Shown here: positions 23,866-33,729 of the stretch, in pieces
How positions within the stretch are numbered: the first letter of the stretch is position 1
Layout of the letters: every line of letters starts with the position of its first letter
Assembly: GCA_035429605.1 (NCBI GenBank)
Contig: DAOMFD010000003.1
Location: forward strand, 1-38,984
Length of the DNA: 38,984 nt
Direction: 5' to 3'
Source of the DNA: Steroidobacteraceae bacterium
Lineage (GTDB): Bacteria > Pseudomonadota > Gammaproteobacteria > Steroidobacterales > Steroidobacteraceae
Position numbers and translations under genes: made by a program
Notes under the pieces: model-generated
Databases searched by the model: none
What the model saw: the letters and a program-made list of their open reading frames with translations, nothing else
What the model was told of the DNA's origin: nothing

Positions 23866-25734
23866 ATGCTGCACGCAAGCCTTCGCGGCCGGCAAGTTCG
23901 AGCGTTGCTGCTCACCGTCGCACTGGCGGCCGGCGCTGCGCAACTGCCGGCGCCGGCCCGCGCCGATGCGGGCGAGCAACTTTCGCAGGCCGCCGCACTG
24001 TCGCGCGATGGGCAGCACGAGGCGGCGGCCCGAATCTACGAGCAGCAGGCGCGGCGGGTGTTCCGCGCGTGGGACGCGCGCCTGTCACTGCTCGCGGCTC
24101 GCGAGTACCTCGAGGCGGGTCGCACGAGCGACGCCGCCCGCGTGCTCTCCAAGGTGACGGGACCGCTGCGCGGCGATGACATCGTGCTGTACGGGCGCGT
24201 CAAGGCGGAACTCGCGCTGGCCAGGGGAGACGGTCCCGCGGCGCTCGGCGCGCTCGCTGCCATTCCCAGGCCGTGGCCCGCACCGCTTGCTCAAGAGCTG
24301 CTGCTGCTCGAGGGCCGCGCCGACTTTCTCGCGGGCCGGACCCTGGAAGGCATCCGCGCCTTCGAGGAGCGCGGCCAGGTGCTCGGCGGCGCCGAAGCGC
24401 GCGCGGAAAACTATCGCCTGCTCGTCGATGAACTCGGGCGCAGTGATGCCGTGCTCGCCGTTCCGGCCGGGGCCACCGACGGCGAGCGGGCCTGGATCGA
24501 ACTCGCGCAGATCCGCGCGATGTCGCAGGGCGATGCGGCCGTGGTGGCGCAGCGGGCCGCCGATTGGCGCACTCGGCACCCCAACCATCCCGGCGCCGCC
24601 TTCCTTCCTCAACCCGCGAGCAACGCTGGCGGAGTGGCGGTGCCGGTGGCTGCGCCCGGACAGGGATCTGCGACGGTGGCCCTGCTGCTTCCGCTGTCGG
24701 GACGGCAACAGGCCGTCGGGGTCGCGGTCCGCGACGGCTTCATCGCGGCCAGCCTCGCGCATGACGACACCGGGCGGAAGGTGCTCGTGTACGACACGGC
24801 AGCCCTCGGGCCGGCGCAGGCATACCAGCGTGCGTTGGCGGACGGCGCGGGCGCGGTCGTCGGGCCACTGACGCGCGAAGACGTCGCGGCGCTCTCGGGA
24901 TCGCAGCCCCTGGCGGTGCCGACGCTCGCACTGAACGCGTACGCGGGCGCCGGTGCGCCACCCGCGTTCCTGTACGAGTTCACCCTCGACCCGGAGCAGG
25001 AAGCGCGAGCTGCCGCGCGGCGCATCGCTGCAGACGGGCGCACGCACGGCATCGCGCTGTTTCCGCGCAGCCCGTGGGGCGAGCGGATCTACGCGGCGTT
25101 CACCGCGGAACTCCAGCAGGCCGGCGTGTCGCTGACGTCGGCGCAGTACTACGAGCCGGGCTCGCGCGATTTCTCGGGGCCGCTGCGCGCGGCCCTCGGG
25201 CGCTACGGCGGTGCCGCCGATCGCAGCGACGGCCGCCCGCCGCCGAAGCGGGACCCCGTCGCCGAGGCGCGCGACGGGCCGCAGTTCGCGTTCATCGCCG
25301 CGACCGCGTCGACGATGCGCACCATCGTGCCGCAGCTGCGCTTCCAGATGACGTACGCATTGCCCGTGTATGCGACCTCCGACGCCTGGGACCCCGTGCC
25401 CCGCGCGGTCCCCGACCTCGACGGCATGGTGTACCCGGAATTCCCGTGGGTCCTGCAGGGTGGCGAGGGCGCGCGGGGACTCTGGGAAGTGCTGCAGCAC
25501 GAGTGGGCCGCGAACGCCCGCGGGCGCGTCCGCCTGTACGCTTTCGGCCACGACGCGGCGACCGTGGCGGCGGCCATCACGTCGGGCCACGCCGACTCGC
25601 CGATCGACGGGCTCACGGGACGTCTCGCGCTCGGCGGCGACGCCAGGGTCCATCGCGAACTCGACTGGGCGCAGATCGTGGATGGACGGCCACAGCCAGC
25701 GGCGGTCACGGTATCCACTGCGCCACCCCGGTGA
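23866..25734 (+). CDS. lpoA: LpoA-like penicillin-binding protein activator
   Basis: ATG at 23866 gives a signal-peptide-like N-terminus (MLHASLRGRQVRALLLTVALAAGAAQLPAPARA). An N-terminal TPR-like region contains ADWRTRHPNHPGAAFLP, comparable to E. coli IADWQKRYPNNPGAKMLP, and a periplasmic-binding-like C-domain follows. The conserved divergent pairing with rsmI is present. The track start at 23623 is antisense overlap. Confidence 0.85.
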   Translation: MLHASLRGRQVRALLLTVALAAGAAQLPAPARADAGEQLSQAAALSRDGQHEAAARIYEQQARRVFRAWDARLSLLAAREYLEAGRTSDAARVLSKVTGPLRGDDIVLYGRVKAELALARGDGPAALGALAAIPRPWPAPLAQELLLLEGRADFLAGRTLEGIRAFEERGQVLGGAEARAENYRLLVDELGRSDAVLAVPAGATDGERAWIELAQIRAMSQGDAAVVAQRAADWRTRHPNHPGAAFLPQPASNAGGVAVPVAAPGQGSATVALLLPLSGRQQAVGVAVRDGFIAASLAHDDTGRKVLVYDTAALGPAQAYQRALADGAGAVVGPLTREDVAALSGSQPLAVPTLALNAYAGAGAPPAFLYEFTLDPEQEARAAARRIAADGRTHGIALFPRSPWGERIYAAFTAELQQAGVSLTSAQYYEPGSRDFSGPLRAALGRYGGAADRSDGRPPPKRDPVAEARDGPQFAFIAATASTMRTIVPQLRFQMTYALPVYATSDAWDPVPRAVPDLDGMVYPEFPWVLQGGEGARGLWEVLQHEWAANARGRVRLYAFGHDAATVAAAITSGHADSPIDGLTGRLALGGDARVHRELDWAQIVDGRPQPAAVTVSTAPPR

Positions 25735-26105
25735 CCACCGAGACGACGACTATCGTCGGGCGGCGCGGCGAGGACGCGGCGCTCGAGCACCTCGCCGCCG
25801 CGGGGCTGCGACTGCTCGAGCGCAACTACCGCTGCAGGGGCGGCGAGATCGATCTCGTGATGGCCGACGGCACGACGCTCGTGCTGGTCGAGGTGCGGCT
25901 GCGCTCGTCGCGCGAGTTCGGCGGAGCCGCGGCGAGCGTCGACCGGCGCAAGCAGCGGCGCTTCACGCTCGCCGCCCGGCACCTCGTGCTCACCCATCCC
26001 GAATTTCGCAGCATGCCGGCGCGATTCGACGTCGTTGCGCTCGAGCGCGGCGACGGCGCCGGAGAAATGCGCATCGAGTGGCTGCGGGACGCGTTCAGGA
26101 TGTAG
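25731..26105 (+). CDS. yraN: UPF0102 / YraN-family endonuclease-like protein
   Basis: GTG at 25731, in a GTGA overlap with the lpoA stop. 124 aa reading GRRGEDAALEHLAAAGLRLLERNYRCRGGEIDLVMADGTTLVLVEVRLR, the YraN pattern. The track ORF is overextended to 25074. Confidence 0.85.
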   Translation: MTTETTTIVGRRGEDAALEHLAAAGLRLLERNYRCRGGEIDLVMADGTTLVLVEVRLRSSREFGGAAASVDRRKQRRFTLAARHLVLTHPEFRSMPARFDVVALERGDGAGEMRIEWLRDAFRM

Positions 26106-26145
26106 TGACTGACGGCGGTCGCGGACCCACCGACCTCGAGCGCCG

Positions 26146-26562
26146 TCACTTCACGACCTTGAGCTTCGCGCGCCCGGGCGCCGGCTTGCTGGTCGCCTCG
26201 GCCGGTGCACCCTCGGGCGTGGGCCCCTCCGGCGGGGCCGGAGCCGGACCACCCTCGTCGTCCGAGAAGATCATGCCCTGGCCCGTCTCGCGCGCGTAGA
26301 TCGCGAGCACCGCCTCGATGGGCACCCGCACGACCATGCTCACGCCGCCGAATCGTCCGCTGAAGCTCACCGCGTCGTTGCCGAGCCTGAGCTGCGCGGT
26401 GGCGTTCCAGCTCACGTTGAGGATGATCTTGCCGTCCCGGACATACTGCCGAGGCACCTCGACGCCGGCGACACCCGCGTCCACGACGATGTGCGGAGTG
26501 CATTCGCTGTCGCAGATCCACTCGTGCATCGCACGCAGCAGGTACGGCCTGCGCGACTTCAA
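26146..26562 (-). CDS. sspB: ClpXP adaptor, stringent starvation protein B
   Basis: An N-terminal (M)KSRRPYLLRAMHEWICDSECTPHIVVD requires the TTG at 26562, in a TTGA overlap with the sspA stop. The next ATG (26529) would delete the conserved RRPYLLRA. The C-terminal ClpX-binding tail LKVVK is present. Confidence 0.88.
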   Translation of the reverse strand: MKSRRPYLLRAMHEWICDSECTPHIVVDAGVAGVEVPRQYVRDGKIILNVSWNATAQLRLGNDAVSFSGRFGGVSMVVRVPIEAVLAIYARETGQGMIFSDDEGGPAPAPPEGPTPEGAPAEATSKPAPGRAKLKVVK

Positions 26563-27158
26563 GCCCGCATCTCCTGCTCGATGCGGCTCAGGCTGGCGCG
26601 GAATGCCGGGTGGGCGAACACGCGCCTCGCATAGCGCTCGATCGACTGCGCGTCGGCCGGCAGCCCGATTTCCCAGCGCGCAAGGCGCCAGAGGATCGGC
26701 GCCGCGGCCGCATCGAGCTGCGAGAACTGGTCGGACAGGAACCACGGCCGGAGCCTGAACAGGGGCTCGGAGGCAACCACGCTCTCGAGCAGCAATCGGC
26801 GACCCTTCTGCTGCTCGCGGCGGTCGGCGGACTCGAGTGCGGGCGCGAGTGCGTACCAATCCTGCTCGATGCGGTGCAGGGCGACCCTCGACTGCGCGCG
26901 GGCGGCCGGGTCCACGGGCAGCAGCGCCGGGGCCGGGAATCGCTCGTCGAGGTACTCGCAGATGATTCCGGCCTCGTACACGACGAGGTCGCGATCCACC
27001 AGCGTCGGGACGGACTGGTAGGGATTCAGGTCGATGAGGTCCTCGGGCGGACGGGCCGGGTCCACCTCGACGATGCGCGCCTCGAGCCCCTTCGCCGCCA
27101 CGACGATCCGCACGCGGTGGCTGCGCGGATCGTCCCCACGGGAGAAGAGCGTCATCAT
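26559..27158 (-). CDS. sspA: Stringent starvation protein A (GST-fold, RNAP-associated)
   Basis: 199 aa reading MMTLFSRGDDPRSHRVRIVVAAKG...DLIDLNPYQSVPTLVDRDL...YLDERFP, closely parallel to E. coli SspA. Confidence 0.93.
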   Translation of the reverse strand: MMTLFSRGDDPRSHRVRIVVAAKGLEARIVEVDPARPPEDLIDLNPYQSVPTLVDRDLVVYEAGIICEYLDERFPAPALLPVDPAARAQSRVALHRIEQDWYALAPALESADRREQQKGRRLLLESVVASEPLFRLRPWFLSDQFSQLDAAAAPILWRLARWEIGLPADAQSIERYARRVFAHPAFRASLSRIEQEMRA

Positions 27159-27184
27159 GGCGAAAAAGGGGGCGTTCTCCTGAC

Positions 27185-27229
27185 TGGGGACATTCTCCTA
27201 TTTCGAGTCGAAATAGGAGAATGTCCCCA
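27185..27229. repeat. Perfect 45-bp palindrome (22-bp arms, 1-nt centre) in the petC-sspA spacer
   Basis: 27185-27206 (TGGGGACATTCTCCTATTTCGA) is the exact reverse complement of 27208-27229. I checked every base pair by hand. Confidence 0.9.
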
Positions 27230-27261
27230 ATTTCCATTCCAGGAGTATGTCCCCTGCCTTG

Positions 27262-28002
27262 TTACTTCACGTCCTTCCAGTATTCCTTCTTCAGCGCCCA
27301 GGCGAGCAGCGTGAAGAACAGCAGGAACGCGATGACCGGGTAGCCGAGCCGTGTGCGCTGCAGCTGCGCGGGCTCGCCGATGTAGTCGAGGAAGTTCACC
27401 GTGTCGCGCACGAAGCCGTCGAACTCCTCGGCGGTCATCGTGCCCGGCGTGCCCGGCTGGAACTTGTCGAAGTGCTTCTGCACGTTGCCCTGCGCGTCAG
27501 GATGCCCGACCCAGACGGCTTCCTGCACGCCCTGCAGCTTCCACAGCACGTGCGGCATGGCGGTGCCCGGCAGCACGATGTTGTTGACGCCGGTCGGCCG
27601 CGTCGGGTCGGCATAGAACGAGCGCAGGAACGTGTAGAGGTAGTCCGTGCCGCGGGCCCGCGCGATCAGCGAGAGGTCCGGCGGCACCGTGCCGAACCAG
27701 CGCTTGGCGTCGTCCGGGTTGATGCCGATGCGCATCGTGCCCTGCACGCTGTCGCCGGTGAACATCAGGTTGTCGATCACCTGCTGCTCGGTGAGCCCGA
27801 GGTCCGCCGCGATGCGGTTGTAGCGCACGTACTTGGCGGAGTGGCAGCCGAGGCAGTAGTTGACGAAGTTGCGCGCGCCGCGCTGCAGGGACGCCTGGTT
27901 CGAGACGTCGGCGTTGAAGCGGTCGAGCTGCGCCTCGGCGCCCGCTGCGAACGCCGCGAGCGGGGCCAGCGCGGCGGCCAGGACGAGGAGCTTAGTGCGC
28001 AT
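27262..28002 (-). CDS. petC: Cytochrome c1 subunit of the bc1 complex
   Basis: 246 aa with a signal peptide, the haem motif CLGCHS and a C-terminal TM anchor. The start overlaps the petB end by 11 nt. Confidence 0.93.
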   Translation of the reverse strand: MRTKLLVLAAALAPLAAFAAGAEAQLDRFNADVSNQASLQRGARNFVNYCLGCHSAKYVRYNRIAADLGLTEQQVIDNLMFTGDSVQGTMRIGINPDDAKRWFGTVPPDLSLIARARGTDYLYTFLRSFYADPTRPTGVNNIVLPGTAMPHVLWKLQGVQEAVWVGHPDAQGNVQKHFDKFQPGTPGTMTAEEFDGFVRDTVNFLDYIGEPAQLQRTRLGYPVIAFLLFFTLLAWALKKEYWKDVK

Positions 28003-29260
28003 GGTAGGTCACCCTCGTGGGCACGGGCCTGGTCTTGTCGATGCTCGTGTACCACGGCATCAGCAGGAAGAACGCGAAGTACACCGCGGCGAACACCCGC
28101 CCGGCGATCGCGTACGTCGGCGTCGGCGGCTGCATGCCGAGGTACCCCAGCGCAATGAAGCTTATGGCAAACGCCGCGACGAAGAACTTGAAGATCGGGC
28201 CGCGCTGGCGGATCGACTTCACCTTGCCGCGGTCGAGCCACGGGAGGAACACGAACAGCAGCACCGCGAGACCCATGAGCGCGGCGCCCAGCGGCTTGTT
28301 CGGCACCGAGCGGAGGATCGCGTAGAACGGCGTGAAGTACCACACGGGCGCGATGTGCGGCGGCGTCTGCAGCGCGTTCGCCGGCTCGAAGTTCGCGTGC
28401 TCGAGGAAGTAGCCGCCCATGGTCGGCGCGAAGAAGATCACGAGGCAGAACAGGATCAGGAACACCCCGACGCCCACCATGTCCTTCACCGTGTAGTACG
28501 GGTGGAAGCGGATCCCGTCGAGCGGGTGGCCGTCCGCGCCCTTCTGGCTCTTGATCTCCACGCCGTCCGGGTTGTTGGAGCCCACCTCGTGCAGCGCGAT
28601 CAGGTGCGCGATCACGAGGAACACCAGCGCCAGCGGCAGCGCGACCACGTGCAGCGCGAAGAATCGGTTCAGCGTGACGTCGGAGATGTAGAAGTCGCCG
28701 CGGATCCACTCGGTGAGCGAGTCGCCGACGTACGGGATGGCGCCGAACAGCGACACGATCACCTGCGCGCCCCAGTAGGACATGTTGCCCCACGGCAGCA
28801 GGTAGCCGAAGAACGCCTCGCCCATCAGCAGGAAGTAGATCACCATGCCGAAGATCCACAGCAGCTCGCGCGGCTTCTGGTAGGAGCCGTACAGCACCGC
28901 GCGGAACATGTGCAGGTAGACGACGATGAAGAAGGCCGAGGCGCCGGTCGAGTGCATGTACCGGATCAGCCAGCCCCAGTCCACGTCGCGCATGATGTAC
29001 TCGACGGAGCCGAACGCGTCGGCCGCCGCGGGCTTGTAGTTCATCGTAAGGAAGATGCCGGTCAGGATCTGGATGACCAGCACCAGCATCGCGAGGGAGC
29101 CGAAGTAGTACCAGAAGTTCAGGTTCTTCGGCGCGTAGTACTCCGCGGCCGACTCGTTCCAGAGCTTGGTCATCGGAAAACGCGCGTCGATCCAGGCGAC
29201 CAGGCTGGCGAGGCGGCCGGTTCCCGCGGGGGCGGGAGTCTGGTTCGTGCTGCCCATCAT
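27992..29260 (-). CDS. petB: Cytochrome b subunit of the bc1 complex
   Basis: 422-aa polytopic protein with the typical cytochrome b pattern (WNFGSL-like YYFGSLAMLVLVIQILTGIFL, PEWY-like PVWYFTPFYAILR). It has an ATGA overlap with the petA stop. Confidence 0.97.
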   Translation of the reverse strand: MMGSTNQTPAPAGTGRLASLVAWIDARFPMTKLWNESAAEYYAPKNLNFWYYFGSLAMLVLVIQILTGIFLTMNYKPAAADAFGSVEYIMRDVDWGWLIRYMHSTGASAFFIVVYLHMFRAVLYGSYQKPRELLWIFGMVIYFLLMGEAFFGYLLPWGNMSYWGAQVIVSLFGAIPYVGDSLTEWIRGDFYISDVTLNRFFALHVVALPLALVFLVIAHLIALHEVGSNNPDGVEIKSQKGADGHPLDGIRFHPYYTVKDMVGVGVFLILFCLVIFFAPTMGGYFLEHANFEPANALQTPPHIAPVWYFTPFYAILRSVPNKPLGAALMGLAVLLFVFLPWLDRGKVKSIRQRGPIFKFFVAAFAISFIALGYLGMQPPTPTYAIAGRVFAAVYFAFFLLMPWYTSIDKTRPVPTRVTYHAH

Positions 29261-29847
29261 GCGTTCCCCGATTCAGCGCCGATGAGGATGCGCGTGTCGC
29301 TCACGAAGCGGTACGGCGGCACCGGCAGGTTGGTCGGGGCCGGCACGTCCTTGAAGACGCGGCCCGACATGTCGAACTTGGAGCCGTGGCACGGGCAGAA
29401 GAAGCCGCCCGGCCAGTCGGCGGAAACCGTGGGGTCGCCCGCCTGGAACTTGTCGAGCGGCGCGCAGCCGAGGTGCGTGCAGACGCCGACCAGCACCAGG
29501 TACTCGGGCTTCAGCGAGCGGTTGGCGTTCTGCGCGAACTTCGGCTGCTCGGACTCCTTGGAGTCCGGGTCGCGCAGCCGCGCGTCGTGCCCCTTGATCT
29601 CCGCGAGCAGCTGCGGCGAGCGGTGCACGACGTAGATCGCCTTGCCGCGCCACTCGACCTTGACCATGGCGCCCGGCTCGAGCTTGCCCACGTCGACCTC
29701 GACGGGCGCGCCCATGGCCTTGGCCCGCGCGCTCGGCTTCCACGACGCCAGGAAGGGTACGGCCGCGAACGCGGCGCCGACGGCGCCGGTTGCGATGGTG
29801 GCGACGGTCAGGAAGTGACGCCTGCCCGTATCGACTTCTTCGGTCAT
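29257..29847 (-). CDS. petA: Rieske iron-sulfur subunit of the bc1 complex
   Basis: 196 aa with a Tat-like N-terminus (GRRHFL) and the Rieske boxes CTHLGC and CPCHGS. Confidence 0.96.
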   Translation of the reverse strand: MTEEVDTGRRHFLTVATIATGAVGAAFAAVPFLASWKPSARAKAMGAPVEVDVGKLEPGAMVKVEWRGKAIYVVHRSPQLLAEIKGHDARLRDPDSKESEQPKFAQNANRSLKPEYLVLVGVCTHLGCAPLDKFQAGDPTVSADWPGGFFCPCHGSKFDMSGRVFKDVPAPTNLPVPPYRFVSDTRILIGAESGNA

Positions 29848-29918
29848 CCAGCGCTCTCCTCGGCGGATTCGGGTGCGTGCCGGGGCGGACCGCGGGTGAC
29901 CGCCATGGGCAGCAAGGA

Positions 29919-29946
29919 ATTATAGCGGATCGCGGGGGCCGGTCAG
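29919..29946 (-). promoter_or_regulatory. Candidate sigma70 promoter for petABC
   Basis: The minus strand carries CTGACC (29946..29941), a 16-nt spacer, and a perfect TATAAT (29924..29919), about 70 nt upstream of the petA ATG. Confidence 0.4.
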
Positions 29947-30015
29947 CGGCCGCCCGACCGGGACGCTGGAATGGGTCTTGCCAGGGTGCGGCGGGTCGCT
30001 CCCCCGGGTCAAGGG

Positions 30016-31555
<1,540 letters not shown>

Positions 31556-31715
31556 GGGCGCAGCTCGCTTGGGGAAAATGCCAGTTTAACCCGCCGTGCC
31601 GCGGGCCGTGGCCCCGTCGGGATGCGGCCAGCCCGGCGCACCTCTAGACTATGCAGCGTCCGCCGAACGTCACCCCGCACCCCAGTCACCCACCTTCCGG
31701 CCACGCCGCTCACCC

Positions 31716-32690
31716 ATGCCCGCCCCGGACCCTTCCATCGCCCGCGGACGCCAGGTCCTCGAGACCGAGGCCGGCGCCGTCGCGGCCCTCGCGAGCCGCC
31801 TCGGCGACGAGTTCGCGCGGGCCTGCGGGCTGCTGCTCGCCTGCAAGGGGCGCGTGGTCGTGACCGGCATGGGCAAGTCGGGCCACGTGGGCGGCAAGAT
31901 CGCCGCCACGCTGGCCAGCACGGGCAGCCCGTCGTTCTTCCTGCACCCGGCCGAGGCGAGCCACGGCGACATCGGCATGATCACCGCGGGTGACGTGGTG
32001 ATCGCGTTGTCCAACTCCGGGGAGACCGGGGAGTTGCTCACCATCCTGCCGCTGATCAAGCGCCTCGGCACTCCGCTCATCGCGCTGACCGGCAACCGCA
32101 ACTCGACGCTGGGGCGCTACGCGACGGTGGTGCTGGACGTGAGCGTTCCGGCCGAGGCCTGCCCGCTCAACCTGGCGCCCACGGCCAGCACGACCGCAGC
32201 ACTCGCGATGGGAGACGCGCTCGCCGTCGCGGTGCTCGAGGCGCGCGGCTTCACGGAGGAGGATTTTGCGCGCTCGCACCCGGCCGGCAGCCTCGGCCGG
32301 CGGTTGCTGCTGCTCGTCGAGGAAGTCATGCGGCGCGGCGACGACCTGCCCGCCGTCGGACCGGACACCCTGCTCAGCGCCGGGCTGCTCGAGATGAGCC
32401 GCAAGGGCCTCGGCATGACGACGATCGTCGATTCGAGTCGCCGCGTGCTCGGGATCTTCACGGACGGCGACCTGCGCCGGGCGCTCGACCGACAGATCGA
32501 CGTGCACGCGACGCCGATGCGCGAGGTCATGACGGCGGGCGGCAAGGTCGCGAAGCCGCGCATGCTGGCCGCGGAGGCGGTGCGCATGATGCAGGACCAC
32601 CGCATCACGGCCCTGCCCGTCGTCGACGACGCGGGCATCCTGGTCGGCGCGCTGAATGTGCACGACCTGCTGCGCGCCGGGGTGATGTGA
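31716..32690 (+). CDS. kdsD: Arabinose-5-phosphate isomerase (SIS domain plus tandem CBS domains)
   Basis: ATG at 31716 (MPAPDPSIARGRQVLETEAGAV...VVTGMGKSGHVGGKIAATLASTGSP). The 324-aa product is close to the 328 aa of E. coli KdsD. The track start at 31596 is an overextension. Confidence 0.93.
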   Translation: MPAPDPSIARGRQVLETEAGAVAALASRLGDEFARACGLLLACKGRVVVTGMGKSGHVGGKIAATLASTGSPSFFLHPAEASHGDIGMITAGDVVIALSNSGETGELLTILPLIKRLGTPLIALTGNRNSTLGRYATVVLDVSVPAEACPLNLAPTASTTAALAMGDALAVAVLEARGFTEEDFARSHPAGSLGRRLLLLVEEVMRRGDDLPAVGPDTLLSAGLLEMSRKGLGMTTIVDSSRRVLGIFTDGDLRRALDRQIDVHATPMREVMTAGGKVAKPRMLAAEAVRMMQDHRITALPVVDDAGILVGALNVHDLLRAGVM

Positions 32691-33187
32691 CCGTGGATGC
32701 CGTGCTCGATCGCGCGCGGCGCGTCCGCCTGCTGGTGCTGGACGTGGACGGCGTGCTCACCGACGGGCGGCTCTACATCGCCGCCTCGGGCGAGGAGTTC
32801 AAGGTATTCCACGTGCGCGACGGCGCCGGCATCGTCGCCGTGCAGCGCGCCGGGATCGCCGTTGCGATCATTTCGGGCCGCAACTCCGCCGCGGTGTCTC
32901 GCCGCGCGGAGGAACTCGGCATCCGTCACGTCCGGCAGGGCGTGGCCGACAAGGCTGCCGCGCTGCGCACGCTGCTGGGCGAGCTCGGCGTCGCGGCGGC
33001 GGAAACCGCGTGCGTCGGGGACGACACGCCCGACCTGCCCATGCTCGCGGCGGCCGGGCTTGCGATCGCGGTGGCCGACGCGCACCCTGAGGTACGGTCG
33101 GCCGCGCATTGGGTCACCCGAGTCAACGGGGGCTGCGGGGCCGTCCGCGAAACATGCGATCTCCTGCTCAGCGCCGCTACGTCCTGA
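32687..33187 (+). CDS. kdsC: KDO-8-phosphate phosphatase (HAD family)
   Basis: GTG start in a GTGA overlap with the kdsD stop. It carries the HAD motif LVLDVDGVLTDG and GDDTPDLP. Confidence 0.92.
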   Translation: MTVDAVLDRARRVRLLVLDVDGVLTDGRLYIAASGEEFKVFHVRDGAGIVAVQRAGIAVAIISGRNSAAVSRRAEELGIRHVRQGVADKAAALRTLLGELGVAAAETACVGDDTPDLPMLAAAGLAIAVADAHPEVRSAAHWVTRVNGGCGAVRETCDLLLSAATS

Positions 33188-33729
33188 CGCAGCGCCTGGT
33201 CGCGGTCGCCGCAGTGACCGCCGCCCTCGCGCTGCTGTACGGCCTGTTCGGTCCGGAGCCGCCGGACGTCGAGAAGGGTGCGACGCCGCCGCAGCAGGGC
33301 TACTACCTGGTCGACACGACGATGACGGAGATGGGCCCGACCGGCCGCCCGAAAGTGATCGTGCACGCGCGGCATGCCGAGCAACAGCTCGCCGACCAGA
33401 GCGTGGACGCATCGGACATCACGCTCGACTCGCCGACGGACAAGTACGGCACCTGGCACGGCACGGCACTGCGCGGACACCTCACGCCCGACCGCAATAC
33501 GATCCAGCTCGCGGGCGACGTGACCATGACGAGCCAACTCGAGCAGGGCGTCGCCGTGATCCACACGGAACACCTCGATTACGACGTCGACGACAGCGTG
33601 ATCACCACCTCGGACGCAGTGGACGTGCGTCTCGGAGCGCACGTGCTCAAGGCGCGCGGGCTCCGCGCCGATATGAACGCGCAGACCCTCAGGCTAGAAT
33701 CAGACGTCAATGGCCGCTTCACTCCCTGA
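33154..33729 (+). CDS. lptC: LPS export protein LptC
   Basis: ATG at 33154 (MRSPAQRRYVLTQRLVAVAAVTAALALLYGLF) gives a 191-aa single-TM protein, the same length as E. coli LptC. It sits between kdsC and lptA. Confidence 0.8.
   Translation: MRSPAQRRYVLTQRLVAVAAVTAALALLYGLFGPEPPDVEKGATPPQQGYYLVDTTMTEMGPTGRPKVIVHARHAEQQLADQSVDASDITLDSPTDKYGTWHGTALRGHLTPDRNTIQLAGDVTMTSQLEQGVAVIHTEHLDYDVDDSVITTSDAVDVRLGAHVLKARGLRADMNAQTLRLESDVNGRFTP

Noticed and set aside
26106-26149. A bidirectional intrinsic terminator between yraN and sspB.
   Set aside because: There is only a 7-bp stem with a loop of about 23 nt and no T or A tracts on either side, which is too weak to annotate.
29968-29984. A sigma-54-like TGGCA...TTCC motif upstream of petA (minus strand, CTGGCAAGACCCATTCC), and a similar TGGCAT motif at 31567-31583 upstream of ibaG.
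   Set aside because: The GG element is present, but the -12 GC dinucleotide is missing at the required spacing in both cases.
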